Source of the DNA: Auanema rhodensis
Taxonomy: Eukaryota; Animalia; Nematoda
Reading direction: 5' to 3'
Assembly: GCA_964057225.1 (NCBI GenBank)
Contig: OZ059895.1
Coordinates: 12,772,001 to 12,836,000 of the forward strand
Length of the DNA stretch: 64,000 nt
Shown here: piece after piece, positions 30,901 to 42,597 of the stretch
Layout of the letters: each line of letters starts with the position of its first letter
How positions within the stretch are numbered: the first letter of the stretch is position 1
Translations under genes and position numbers: made by a program
Notes under the pieces: generated by a model
The model's input: only the letters and a program-made list of their open reading frames with translations
What the model was told of the DNA's origin: nothing
Databases searched by the model: none

Positions 30901-33900
30901 AACACTATACAACTGTGAAACCTTTTTTAATTTATTGTATTTGGAGCTCATAAGATTTGATATCATCGAGGAATTTAGATGTAACGTAGAAAATTACATA
31001 ACTAACATGAAATTGGAAAAAAAACAATAACGAGGATAAGTATGTAAATCATTGAATATCAGGTATTTTCGCTTACGACCATACCACGTTGAAAGTACGC
31101 CATCCCGTCCGATCTGGCAAGTCAAGCAACGTTGGGCCCGGTTAGTACTTGGATCGGAGACGGCTTGGGAATCCCGGGTGCCGTAAGCTTTTCAAATTTT
31201 TTTAACGATCATACCACGTTGAAAGTACGCCATGCAGCTGATTTTCAATTTTATCTCTTCAGTAACAAATGTTTTTAATTTTCCAGCAGTTTTACTTAGA
31301 TAGCTCAACCCAAGGCATCAAAATATCTTCAATCTTATTTCTATATTACAGTTATAAACCAGTAGTTTATGAACCTTCATCTTAACTTTACTGTTTCTAT
31401 CTATTTCCTATTGAAACAAACATTGTTTTAACACTATACAACTGTGAAACCTTTTTTAATTTATTGTATTTGGAGCTCATAAGATTTGATATCATCGAGG
31501 AATTTAGATGTAACGTAGAAAATTACATAACTAACATGAAATTGGAAAAAAAACAATAACGAGGATAAGTATGTAAATCATTGAATATCAGATTTTTTCG
31601 CTTACGACCATACCACGTTGAAAGTACGCCATCCCGTCCGATCTGGCAAGTCAAGCAACGTTGGGCCCGGTTAGTACTTGGATCGGAGACGGCTTGGGAA
31701 TCCCGGGTGCCGTAAGCTTTTCAAATTTTTTTAACGATCATACCACGTTGAAAGTACGCCATGCAGCTGATTTTCAATTTTATCTCTTCAGTAACAAATG
31801 TTTTTAATTTTCCAGCAGTTTTACTTAGATAGCTCAACCCAAGGCATCAAAATATCTTCAATCTTATTTCTATATTACAGTTATAAACCAGTAGTTTATG
31901 AACCTTCATCTTAACTTTACTGTTTCTATCTATTTCCTATTGAAACAAACATTGTTTTAACACTATACAACTGTGAAACCTTTTTTAATTTATTGTATTT
32001 GGAGCTCATAAGATTTGATATCATCGAGGAATTTAGATGTAACGTAGAAAATTACATAACTAACATGAAATTGGAAAAAAAACAATAACGAGGATAAGTA
32101 TGTAAATCATTGAATATCAGGTATTTTCGCTTACGACCATACCACGTTGAAAGTACGCCATCCCGTCCGATCTGGCAAGTCAAGCAACGTTGGGCCCGGT
32201 TAGTACTTGGATCGGAGACGGCTTGGGAATCCCGGGTGCCGTAAGCTTTTCAAATTTTTTTAACGATCATACCACGTTGAAAGTACGCCATGCAGCTGAT
32301 TTTCAATTTTATCTCTTCAGTAACAAATGTTTTTAATTTTCCAGCAGTTTTACTTAGATAGCTCAACCCAAGGCATCAAAATATCTTCAATCTTATTTCT
32401 ATATTACAGTTATAAACCAGTAGTTTATGAACCTTCATCTTAACTTTACTGTTTCTATCTATTTCCTATTGAAACAAACATTGTTTTAACACTATACAAC
32501 TGTGAAACCTTTTTTAATTTATTGTATTTGGAGCTCATAAGATTTGATATCATCGAGGAATTTAGATGTAACGTAGAAAATTACATAACTAACATGAAAT
32601 TGGAAAAAAAACAATAACGAGGATAAGTATGTAAATCATTGAATATCAGGTATTTTCGCTTACGACCATACCACGTTGAAAGTACGCCATCCCGTCCGAT
32701 CTGGCAAGTCAAGCAACGTTGGGCCCGGTTAGTACTTGGATCGGAGACGGCTTGGGAATCCCGGGTGCCGTAAGCTTTTCAAATTTTTTTAACGATCATA
32801 CCACGTTGAAAGTACGCCATGCAGCTGATTTTCAATTTTATCTCTTCAGTAACAAATGTTTTTAATTTTCCAGCAGTTTTACTTAGATAGCTCAACCCAA
32901 GGCATCAAAATATCTTCAATCTTATTTCTATATTACAGTTATAAACCAGTAGTTTATGAACCTTCATCTTAACTTTACTGTTTCTATCTATTTCCTATTG
33001 AAACAAACATTGTTTTAACACTATACAACTGTGAAACCTTTTTTAATTTATTGTATTTGGAGCTCATAAGATTTGATATCATCGAGGAATTTAGATGTAA
33101 CGTAGAAAATTACTGTTACATACATATCTCAAAGGAAAGCAGCTGACCATGGCAGCTGCTATTATTAAACTAATGCAGATAGTTTTTAAGCAATTCTGAG
33201 AATATTCTAGATGCACTTTTTATAAGCTTTGTAACAATTTGTGTAAACTGAGTAGGAGTTGTATGGATATATAAACCTGAGTCCTCAAGACTCAGGCATC
33301 TCATTATCTCCTTATCTTACTTTCTCTTTATCTTCTTTATATTCTCTTTCTTAACTCTAGCTTTAATCTTTGTATAATTATATTATAATGCGAACAATAA
33401 ACCTTTATATATTTCATCTCTTGTTTCTTATTTCACCTTACATTACACACGTATATTTAAAATCATACTCATCGTCTCATAATCTGTTTGGATATCTCAA
33501 CTTGGAACCATTGAGAATCTAAATGGAACGTTACATAACTAACATGAAATTGGAAAAAAAACAATAACGAGGATAAGTATGTAAATCATTGAATATCAGA
33601 TTTTTTCGCTTACGACCATACCACGTTGAAAGTACGCCATCCCGTCCGATCTGGCAAGTCAAGCAACGTTGGGCCCGGTTAGTACTTGGATCGGAGACGG
33701 CTTGGGAATCCCGGGTGCCGTAAGCTTTTCAAATTTTTTTAACGATCATACCACGTTGAAAGTACGCCATGCAGCTGATTTTCAATTTTATCTCTTCAGT
33801 AACAAATGTTTTTAATTTTCCAGCAGTTTTACTTAGATAGCTCAACCCAAGGCATCAAAATATCTTCAATCTTATTTCTATATTACAGTTATAAACCAGT

Positions 33901-35669
33901 AGTTTATGAACCTTCATCTTAACTTTACTGTTTCTATCTATTTCCTATTGAAACAAACATTGTTTTAACACTATACAACTGTGAAACCTTTTTTAATTTA
34001 TTGTATTTGGAGCTCATAAGATTTGATATCATCGAGGAATTTAGATGTAACGTAGAAAATTACATAACTAACATGAAATTGGAAAAAAAACAATAACGAG
34101 GATAAGTATGTAAATCATTGAATATCAGATTTTTTCGCTTACGACCATACCACGTTGAAAGTACGCCATCCCGTCCGATCTGGCAAGTCAAGCAACGTTG
34201 GGCCCGGTTAGTACTTGGATCGGAGACGGCTTGGGAATCCCGGGTGCCGTAAGCTTTTCAAATTTTTTTAACGATCATACCACGTTGAAAGTACGCCATG
34301 CAGCTGATTTTCAATTTTATCTCTTCAGTAACAAATGTTTTTAATTTTCCAGCAGTTTTACTTAGATAGCTCAACCCAAGGCATCAAAATATCTTCAATC
34401 TTATTTCTATATTACAGTTATAAACCAGTAGTTTATAAACCTACATCTTAACTTTACTGTTTCTATCTATTTCCTATTGAAACAAACATTGTTTTAACAC
34501 TATACAACTGTGAAACCTTTTTTAATTTATTGTATTTGGAGCTCATAAGATTTGATATCATCGAGGAATTTAGATGTAACGTAGAAAATTACATAACTAA
34601 CATGAAATTGGAAAAAAAACAATAACGAGGATAAGTATGTAAATCATTGAATATCAGGTATTTTCGCTTACGACCATACCACGTTGAAAGTACGCCATCC
34701 CGTCCGATCTGGCAAGTCAAGCAACGTTGGGCCCGGTTAGTACTTGGATCGGAGACGGCTTGGGAATCCCGGGTGCCGTAAGCTTTTCAAATTTTTTTAA
34801 CGATCATACCACGTTGAAAGTACGCCATGCAGCTGATTTTCAATTTTATCTCTTCAGTAACAAATGTTTTTAATTTTCCAGCAGTTTTACTTAGATAGCT
34901 CAAATCAAGGCATCAAAATATCTTCAATCTTATTTCTATATTACAGTTATAAACCAGTAGTTTATGAACCTTCATCTTAACTTTACTGTTTCTATCTATT
35001 TCCTATTGAAACAAACATTGTTTTAACACTATACAACTGTGAAACCTTTTTTAATTTATTGTATTTGGAGCTCATAAGATTTGATATCATCGAGGAATTT
35101 AGATGTAACGTAGAAAATTACATAACTAACATGAAATTGGAAAAAAAACAATAACGAGGATAAGTATGTAAATCATTGAATATCAGATTTTTTCGCTTAC
35201 GACCATACCACGTTGAAAGTACGCCATCCCGTCCGATCTGGCAAGTCAAGCAACGTTGGGCCCGGTTAGTACTTGGATCGGAGACGGCTTGGGAATCCCG
35301 GGTGCCGTAAGCTTTTCAAATTTTTTTAACGATCATACCACGTTGAAAGTACGCCATGCAGCTGATTTTCAATTTTATCTCTTCAGTAACAAATGTTTTT
35401 AATTTTCCAGCAGTTTTACTTAGATAGCTCAACCCAAGGCATCAAAATATCTTCAATCTTATTTCTATATTACAGTTATAAACCAGTAGTTTATGAACCT
35501 TCATCTTAACTTTACTGTTTCTATCTATTTCCTATTGAAACAAACATTGTTTTAACACTATACAACTGTGAAACCTTTTTTAATTTATTGTATTTGGAGC
35601 TCATAAGATTTGATATCATCGAGGAATTTAGATGTAACGTAGAAAATTACATAACTAACATGAAATTGG
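24928..35669 (+). rRNA. 5S rDNA tandem array block 2 (18 full genes, 2 truncated units, interrupted by a solo LTR)
   Basis: Gene starts 24985, 25514, 26043, 26572, 27101, 27630, 28557, 29086, 29615, 30144, 31071, 31600, 32129, 32658, 33608, 34137, 34666, 35195; truncated at 28158 and 30672. Confidence 0.97.
33114..33530 (+). mobile_element. Family A solo LTR
   Basis: 417 bp, about 9 substitutions versus the full element's LTRs; TSD TTAC (33110-33113 / 33531-33534). Confidence 0.96.
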
Positions 35670-36013
35670 CGTTCCGTTATGCTCCTGCGTCGATAATATA
35701 AACCATTGTAGTTTATACCATGACGCGAATAGTATTCCTTGGTGTAGCGGTAGGAATACAGAGCATAAGGTCAATCATAAGATAAAAGAGAGAAAGATTT
35801 ATTGGCATGAAACTACAACAATAATATACAAAGATAAAGATACAATACAATAAGATAAATATGAGTATAAAGACTAAACTACAAGCCGTCCATCAGCTTG
35901 CTAAGAGGCGAACTCCCGACCAAGGGAACGAGGGAAGGCGGAGCCATTCCTCGGTCCTCTGGTCGTCTGGCTCTAACCCTTCAGCTACATATATGGGGAG
36001 TCCGAATGGAACG
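35670..36013 (-). repeat. Family B 3' LTR (344 bp)
   Basis: Direct repeat of 47412-47755; CGTTCC…GGAACG termini. Confidence 0.96.
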
Positions 36014-36024
36014 TGCCCTTTTTC
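36014..36024 (-). promoter_or_regulatory. Polypurine tract of family B
   Basis: Minus strand GAAAAAGGGCA immediately before the 3' LTR. Confidence 0.75.
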
Positions 36025-36768
36025 AAAGATTTTTCGCGTCCGCGCGATATAAAGAGTTTTTTAGTGTATATGTAGCTGAGTTTTAGAGTCTAGGAGTTTA
36101 CAAATAAAATTGAAAGTTTTAAAATCTACATGTAGAAAGATATATAATTAGTTTTAATAGGTTTCTTTATGGTATTAAGATAGAATTTGAATACAATAAT
36201 AGGTTTTACGTTATTTTGTAACGGAGGATTAGAAAATAAATTTAGTCACTGTAGTACTGTAATAAAAAAAAATTTTTCTTTGTTTCATGAATGTGTGATT
36301 TATGTGAGACAATAAGGAATTATTAAACATTTCGGGTACATGGTTACTCGTATCCTAATGATGATGGGGATAATTTTAGTTAATAATTTACTCGTCTCCA
36401 TATGTCTCTCTAAATGAATCCTTGAGTACTAATGGAGGCTACCACTCAGATGGGGTGTGGCTTAGGCGCCTGCCAATGTTCGTCTCTTCCTGGAGATACA
36501 TATGGAGCTCAGTTTAGCGCAAAATTTTATTTCTATCGGTCGTATAGGATTACGGTAGCCATTTATTTCTATTATATTTTTGCTTATTCCTTGTTTTTAG
36601 TTGTTTACTCACTTAATCTCTCATCAAAAATTTTCTAATTCACCGTTACTTTCATTTTACAATTTACAGAAGAAAATAATGTATATAAAGTTATTTCTTG
36701 TCGTCTTTTCATGCTTTCTCTTTTTGATTTTTCATCCGTGGTAACCATAATTCATCTCCATCTTCGTT

Positions 36769-39700
36769 CTATGATTCCGGTTCGCTATCGGTGTTATCTT
36801 GCTCGTTTCTTTTGATCACTCTTAGTATCTCTATATCGCTGTCCTCTTCTTCTTCTTCGTGATTGTTGCGTGTATTAGAGCGGGTATTGTGAGTGATATT
36901 TTGAGTCGCGTTTGAGAAGAGTTTGAGATTATCCTTGTGGATATCTTGTATCTTTCCTGATGAATTCCTTATCTGCACCTTGGATCCTTGTACGTTGATA
37001 ACTTCGTAAGGTCCGTCATAGCTTTTCCTCAGTTTCTGACCAATTTTATGTGACTTTATTGTTGTCATCACCATGTCGCCGGGTTGAATGTTCCTTTCGT
37101 GCGTTTTTTGTGTTCTATCCTTCTTCTTTCTGGCGTTTTCTTGGTTTTGGGCGATACGTTCACGTATTATTTGGTCTATTTTCATCATTTGAGGTCTTCT
37201 CGTGAGTAATTCTTCCGAAATCTCTTTGATTTTTGTTATGGTTCCCGGTAATTCGGCATCAATTTTCATTCTGCATTCTTTTCCAAAAAGTGCTACGTAT
37301 GGGGCTATGCCTGTTGTAGCATGCTGAATGTTATTGATAGCGAATGTAATTTTTGGCAATACGCTATCCCAGTCGCTTAGATCTTCCTTCAAGTAGTGTG
37401 TTAATTCTTCCTCAAGAGTTCTGTGTAGTCTTTCGACTTGTCCGTTTGAGTTCTTTTGGTGAGGAAGGGTGGGTTCATGTTGAATTCCCAGTTTTGTACA
37501 CATTTCTTCAAACTTTTGAGATACAAAATTAGATCCTCTATCGGTGATCAGTCGATGAGGCGGTCCGTATATGTATACAAAGTTGCGTAGAAATCTGTCA
37601 ATTGTTATTTCTGTCGTAATTTGCGGTACTGCTATCGTTGTTGACCATTTAGTAAAAGCATCCTGGATGGTAATAACGTAAGTACAATTCCTTTTTGACG
37701 GGGGAAAAGGTCCCATTACATCCATATGAACTCGTTCAAAAGGCTTGGTCGGTATTTCAAATTGACCTATTGGCTGTACTGTCATAGAATGTGGGTCCTT
37801 CTTCCTTTGTGCGCATTTAATGCAGTTTTTGATATATATCATGATATCATTTTGCATGTTGGTCCAATAAAATCTCCGTAGGATGGCTTCTTTAGTTTTA
37901 TTAATTCCTTGATGCGCTGCGATTGTAGGGTCTTCGTGAAATAATTCTATTATCTCGTCCTTGATTGGATGATCTTGTGGCACAACAATTGCAGGATGTG
38001 GTTTCTTGTCTGTTGGTTTTGTGTAGAGTAATCCATTTATAACGCAATATCTATCGTTAGAGACCATTTTCTTTTGCGTTCTATATTCGATGTCCGCGAT
38101 TGTTTTCTTTATCCATAGAGTATTTTGTTGAATTTCTTTTATAGCAGGTGTATCAATAGTATTTATTCTGATCGATTCTGCGTTTTTCTTTTTCTTCTTT
38201 TCCGGCTTTGCATCATTTGCTTCATCGCCTATATAACGTGACAATGCATCACATACTTTATTGAGCTGGCCCTCTCTGTACCTTATCTCAATGTCGTATT
38301 CTTGTATTACTAACTGAAATTTAGCAAGACGACCAAATAGGTCTCTGCGAGTTAGTAAACTTGTGAGAGGGCGATGGTCAGTGATACATATAGTATGCGT
38401 TCCCAGTATGTATGTTCGAAATTGATTCAGTGCGTATACTAACCCTAAGGCTTCAATTTCGATTGGTGCGTAATTGCGTTCCGCTTTTACCAGTTTTCTG
38501 CTGGCAAATGCGATAGGATGAAGATGCTTCAATGGTTGCGTGGGATCTTCTGGTTGCAATAATACTGCGCCCACAGCTATGTTGCTGCCGTCACTTTCGA
38601 TAATGAATAATCGATCAGATTTTGGTGGACTTAATACGGGCGCTTGGGTGAGACTTCTTTTTAATCGATCTACAGCTTCCTGGTGTTGCTTTTCCCAAGC
38701 GAATTCGGTATCCGTTTTTGTCAAATCGTACAATGGGCTTGCGATACTTGCAAAATCTTTAATGAATTTGCGAAAAAATCCAACCATTCCTAAGAATGCG
38801 CGAACGCCTGTTGCGTTCTTTGGTGCCGGATATTCTTGTATCGCAGCCACTTTTTGAGGGTCCGGTTTTATTCCTTCTCTTCCAATTATTAATCCGAGAA
38901 ATTTTACTTCTGGTTGAGCAAAGGCACATTTCTTTAACTTAATTTTCATTCCCAAACTTTCGACTGCATGTAATAATTCGTCGATATCTTCAAGGTGTTG
39001 CTTTCTTGTATCAGAGATTATCAGCAGATCGTCCAAGTATACAAATAATTTGCAAGAGCATTTACTTTGCAAATATCTTACTGCTGTTTGAAAAGTATGA
39101 GGGGCTCCACAGAGACCCATAGGCATTCTTTTATATTGATACGTGCCTGATGTTGTTGTAAATGCTGTTAAAGGACGATCAGATTTACGTAGTGATATTT
39201 GAAAAAATCCTGATACTAAATCAAAGTTTGAGAAGAATTGAGCTCCAGCTGCCATGTCAACTATATCCGATATGCTTGGTATAACGTATGTTTGTTTACG
39301 CGTGACACTATTGAGGGCTCGAAAATCTGTCACGAACCTATATGTCTCATCCTTCTTCTTCACTAGCACAGCAGGGCTATTGAAGAGGGATGTAGAGGGT
39401 TCGATTATGCCTTGCTCTAGCATTTCTTTTACTTGCTTTTCCACTTCTTCCTGTTTACCAAGTGGAATCCTCGTTATTCTTGACCTTGGCATGTCCATAT
39501 CCGATCTTAGTGGGATTGTATGCTCAATGGGTCCTTTAAATAGACCTATCTTCCTATCTTCATTAAGAAAGGCCTCACGATGGCTCTTAACTATGTTTGT
39601 GAGCTCGTGCTTGTCTTCATTATTCAAATCTGCTTTATCCAGATTAAGGTCATTCATAAAATTTCTTGGAAAGTGGGGTAATTTATTCTCCCAATCTGCT

Positions 39701-42594
39701 TCTGGTGGAATATATGGTTGCATAGGGTCTTCTTGTATTGTTTGCCAGCTTGGTACTTCTCCTATTGTTGCCTGCCCTATGACTGAATTAGCTTCCATAG
39801 CTAATGTTTTGTCCGTATTGTTACGGAAAACTACATATACTCCACTTGTCTCACGGAAAGCTGTTGGATAACTTGAAGCTAATGCATTTCCGTTGTCCCC
39901 TAAGATTACCACTTCGTTTGATTTGAGTGGTCTATCAGCTTTGATTGGAATAGTGGACTCTTCATCGGGTTGTATGATTCTTTTCTTCAAATTGATGATA
40001 TTTACTGTTATTGCCGTTTGTTTAATGGCGTCCTGTTCAATTAAAGGGAGTGCGTAATTTCCGATCTCTAGCATCTTTTTCGATGGTTTTAAACTGACAT
40101 CAATGTTTTCACTGTCGAGCGTGCTCATAAAGTCCATCCCAATAAGAGCAGGGGCTGGGCAATCACAGTCGTTTGAGACCAAAAAGGTATGTTCTATCTC
40201 ATAGCCAGCAATTTCGATGTTTAAATTTATTTTTCCGTATAATGTAAACGTTGTTTTGTTTGCTGCCATTGCCACTAATCGTCGCTTTTTGACGTGTTGA
40301 GCCATGTTCAGGTATTTTAATGTCGATAGCCTGACATATGAGACTGACGAGCCTGAATCCCATAAAGCTAATATCAGCTTATCTTCCACTGATATATAGA
40401 TAAGAGGTAGCTTTGTTTCTTTTGATTTAATAAAAGCAATAAATGGTATTGCTAGTGGAATGAATGTTACGAGCGCCGGGTAATACTGCTTCATTATATT
40501 TTCTGGCATTGGTTGGTCTGGGCGGCTAACGAGTTCTAATGTTTCCTCGTAGCCTGGGGGCTCGTTGTCTGCTCTTTGAATATGCATGACTGGTAGTGGC
40601 ATTGCTTTGAAAAAGTAGAATTTTCCGGCAAAGATGGTAATTATGATTGCTGCAATGATTAGAACAGTAGATCCTATTAATATTAAGGTTCTTTCGATTG
40701 TCCCCATTAAGAATTGTTTTATGCTATTCCAGGCTGTAGTTGTGAACTCAGTTGCTTTCGAAATATAATCGCTGCCCTTTTTCAAAAGAATAAAGGCTGA
40801 CGTTATCTTTGGGTCGTTGTGGATCGTATTTAGTACGTGATTTTGTCGTATTGAAGCTAAACTAGCTCCATACGCTATTGCGGTAGTCATTGAATAGACT
40901 CTTGATGAAAGATTAGTATAAAGATGAGCACCTGTGAATTTTAAAGGCGTAATTTTATGTTGGTGAGCTCCATCAAAAAGTGTGATGGGATTGACTTCCG
41001 CAGACCCATTAATGTTCATCCATTCCCCGTTTTTCTCATAAATATCAGTTGATACGTGTTCGCAGTCGATTTCTTTCCCGTACAAGAGTAAATCTCTTGA
41101 TCCCGGTGCTGCGAAATATAATTTGTTGTCTTCGGTTGTTACTGGTGTCTCTAAGTAACATGTTTCATTGATTTTATGAGAGTGGTGAACGGTTTTAGGC
41201 TCTATTGGTAGGCATATATGAACATGAACTATTTCGCTGCCCACGAAACGAGCTGCTATGTCTTCTCTGCCAAGGATTGTTCTCATTGCTATGGTTGGCT
41301 CTATTTGGAGAATTGAACGCCACAATTCGAGATATCTATTTTGTATCTCGCATATGGATTCGTAAGATTCCATAAAATGCTTTTGCAATTCTTCCTGTAT
41401 AAGAGTGGTTGCATATTGTAGATGATCTTGCGCTATTCTCTGAGATATATTTTGTTTATATTGTATCTCGTTGTTTACTTTGGAGCCTATATAATGTGCT
41501 TGCGCTTGTACTGCTTTCGTTTCAATCTCCAAAGGTGGTGATGACGTTCTCTGCTTTCTTTGCGATCTTAAAGACATATCTGTGACCGTTGCAAACGTAG
41601 TAATAGGCTGTTCTTTGTGAACACCATATATTAATGTAACCGTTGTTGGCGCGCGCGTTGATGTTATGGCTTGAGTTGTATCGATCTCTGGCGTTGTTTG
41701 AGGGTCCTGGATTAGCTTTGTTACTTCCGTTGTTGTCGTTATATATTCAGTTTTGTCTGTCAGGCGTCTGGTTGAGTAGGGAGGTGTTCTTTTATCCTCT
41801 AGTAGCGGTAGAAAGGTTTGAATGAGAAGATTTCGTGTATATTTGTTAGGACTTTTTGTTTGTTGATGGGGCCCAACAGGTATACCAAAATTATTCTCCA
41901 TATCTCGATATAATTTCTCTATATCTGGCAGGATAATAGTTGGTACAGGCAGATGTCGAAATCTTTCATCGTCTGCTCTGGCCGCTGTTCGATTGGGTTT
42001 TATTGTACGTAGTTTGAGGACTTGCTGATATAGGTCAATTGTTTCTTTAATAATCAGTTGTTCCTTTTCGTTATTAGTTGATAATACGGGCCTGATTGGC
42101 GGCATGTTTACAAATGCTTTCAAAACTTCTTGTTTTGATGGCACCGACATGTTATTTTGAGCGAAAATGGTCGGTGTAAATGCCAACTCGAGCGCTATAC
42201 TTTCGGTTCGCTCTCGATAACTTCCTTCTTTTGAGAGTATTTTTTCGTCAAATTCTTCTGCTGTTAATCTGTCGCCTATCTGCTCTAAAAGTTGCAGGGA
42301 GGTGAGGTATTTAACGGCTCCTCTTGTGGTAGCTGCCAGTTCTTTTTGGGCGAAGAATTGAAGCATTGCTTCTTCCGGGTCGTAGAATTCATATATTTTT
42401 AAGAATCTTTCTATTGATCTATCCGAAGTAGTGCTTCGTAGGAAGAATTTGAACTGCTCGGGATGTGCTGAGATCCACTTAACGATAGAATATGTTGGAT
42501 CTATTGTCCGTCTGGCTCGAATTATAGGAATTATTTGTGATATCCCAGGGTTACTCATTACTGGACGTAAAAATGGGTATGGGCATATGTTCAA
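36769..42594 (-). CDS. Family B polyprotein, C-terminal part (Env C-terminal half, protease, RT, RNase H, integrase)
   Basis: gB-like block ~41430-41140; TM ~40686-40624; LWDSGSS ~40365; YLDD 39039-39028; IN HHCC/DDE and GPY. Separated from the upstream part by a TTA>TAA nonsense change at 42598-42600. Confidence 0.93.
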   Translation of the reverse strand: MNICPYPFLRPVMSNPGISQIIPIIRARRTIDPTYSIVKWISAHPEQFKFFLRSTTSDRSIERFLKIYEFYDPEEAMLQFFAQKELAATTRGAVKYLTSLQLLEQIGDRLTAEEFDEKILSKEGSYRERTESIALELAFTPTIFAQNNMSVPSKQEVLKAFVNMPPIRPVLSTNNEKEQLIIKETIDLYQQVLKLRTIKPNRTAARADDERFRHLPVPTIILPDIEKLYRDMENNFGIPVGPHQQTKSPNKYTRNLLIQTFLPLLEDKRTPPYSTRRLTDKTEYITTTTEVTKLIQDPQTTPEIDTTQAITSTRAPTTVTLIYGVHKEQPITTFATVTDMSLRSQRKQRTSSPPLEIETKAVQAQAHYIGSKVNNEIQYKQNISQRIAQDHLQYATTLIQEELQKHFMESYESICEIQNRYLELWRSILQIEPTIAMRTILGREDIAARFVGSEIVHVHICLPIEPKTVHHSHKINETCYLETPVTTEDNKLYFAAPGSRDLLLYGKEIDCEHVSTDIYEKNGEWMNINGSAEVNPITLFDGAHQHKITPLKFTGAHLYTNLSSRVYSMTTAIAYGASLASIRQNHVLNTIHNDPKITSAFILLKKGSDYISKATEFTTTAWNSIKQFLMGTIERTLILIGSTVLIIAAIIITIFAGKFYFFKAMPLPVMHIQRADNEPPGYEETLELVSRPDQPMPENIMKQYYPALVTFIPLAIPFIAFIKSKETKLPLIYISVEDKLILALWDSGSSVSYVRLSTLKYLNMAQHVKKRRLVAMAANKTTFTLYGKINLNIEIAGYEIEHTFLVSNDCDCPAPALIGMDFMSTLDSENIDVSLKPSKKMLEIGNYALPLIEQDAIKQTAITVNIINLKKRIIQPDEESTIPIKADRPLKSNEVVILGDNGNALASSYPTAFRETSGVYVVFRNNTDKTLAMEANSVIGQATIGEVPSWQTIQEDPMQPYIPPEADWENKLPHFPRNFMNDLNLDKADLNNEDKHELTNIVKSHREAFLNEDRKIGLFKGPIEHTIPLRSDMDMPRSRITRIPLGKQEEVEKQVKEMLEQGIIEPSTSLFNSPAVLVKKKDETYRFVTDFRALNSVTRKQTYVIPSISDIVDMAAGAQFFSNFDLVSGFFQISLRKSDRPLTAFTTTSGTYQYKRMPMGLCGAPHTFQTAVRYLQSKCSCKLFVYLDDLLIISDTRKQHLEDIDELLHAVESLGMKIKLKKCAFAQPEVKFLGLIIGREGIKPDPQKVAAIQEYPAPKNATGVRAFLGMVGFFRKFIKDFASIASPLYDLTKTDTEFAWEKQHQEAVDRLKRSLTQAPVLSPPKSDRLFIIESDGSNIAVGAVLLQPEDPTQPLKHLHPIAFASRKLVKAERNYAPIEIEALGLVYALNQFRTYILGTHTICITDHRPLTSLLTRRDLFGRLAKFQLVIQEYDIEIRYREGQLNKVCDALSRYIGDEANDAKPEKKKKKNAESIRINTIDTPAIKEIQQNTLWIKKTIADIEYRTQKKMVSNDRYCVINGLLYTKPTDKKPHPAIVVPQDHPIKDEIIELFHEDPTIAAHQGINKTKEAILRRFYWTNMQNDIMIYIKNCIKCAQRKKDPHSMTVQPIGQFEIPTKPFERVHMDVMGPFPPSKRNCTYVITIQDAFTKWSTTIAVPQITTEITIDRFLRNFVYIYGPPHRLITDRGSNFVSQKFEEMCTKLGIQHEPTLPHQKNSNGQVERLHRTLEEELTHYLKEDLSDWDSVLPKITFAINNIQHATTGIAPYVALFGKECRMKIDAELPGTITKIKEISEELLTRRPQMMKIDQIIRERIAQNQENARKKKDRTQKTHERNIQPGDMVMTTIKSHKIGQKLRKSYDGPYEVINVQGSKVQIRNSSGKIQDIHKDNLKLFSNATQNITHNTRSNTRNNHEEEEEDSDIEILRVIKRNEQDNTDSEPES

Positions 42595-42597
42595 TGT

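Noticed and set aside
36432-36638. 68-aa plus-strand ORF in the family B 3' region
   Set aside because: Short, with a low-complexity AT-rich second half and only one copy to compare; no support.
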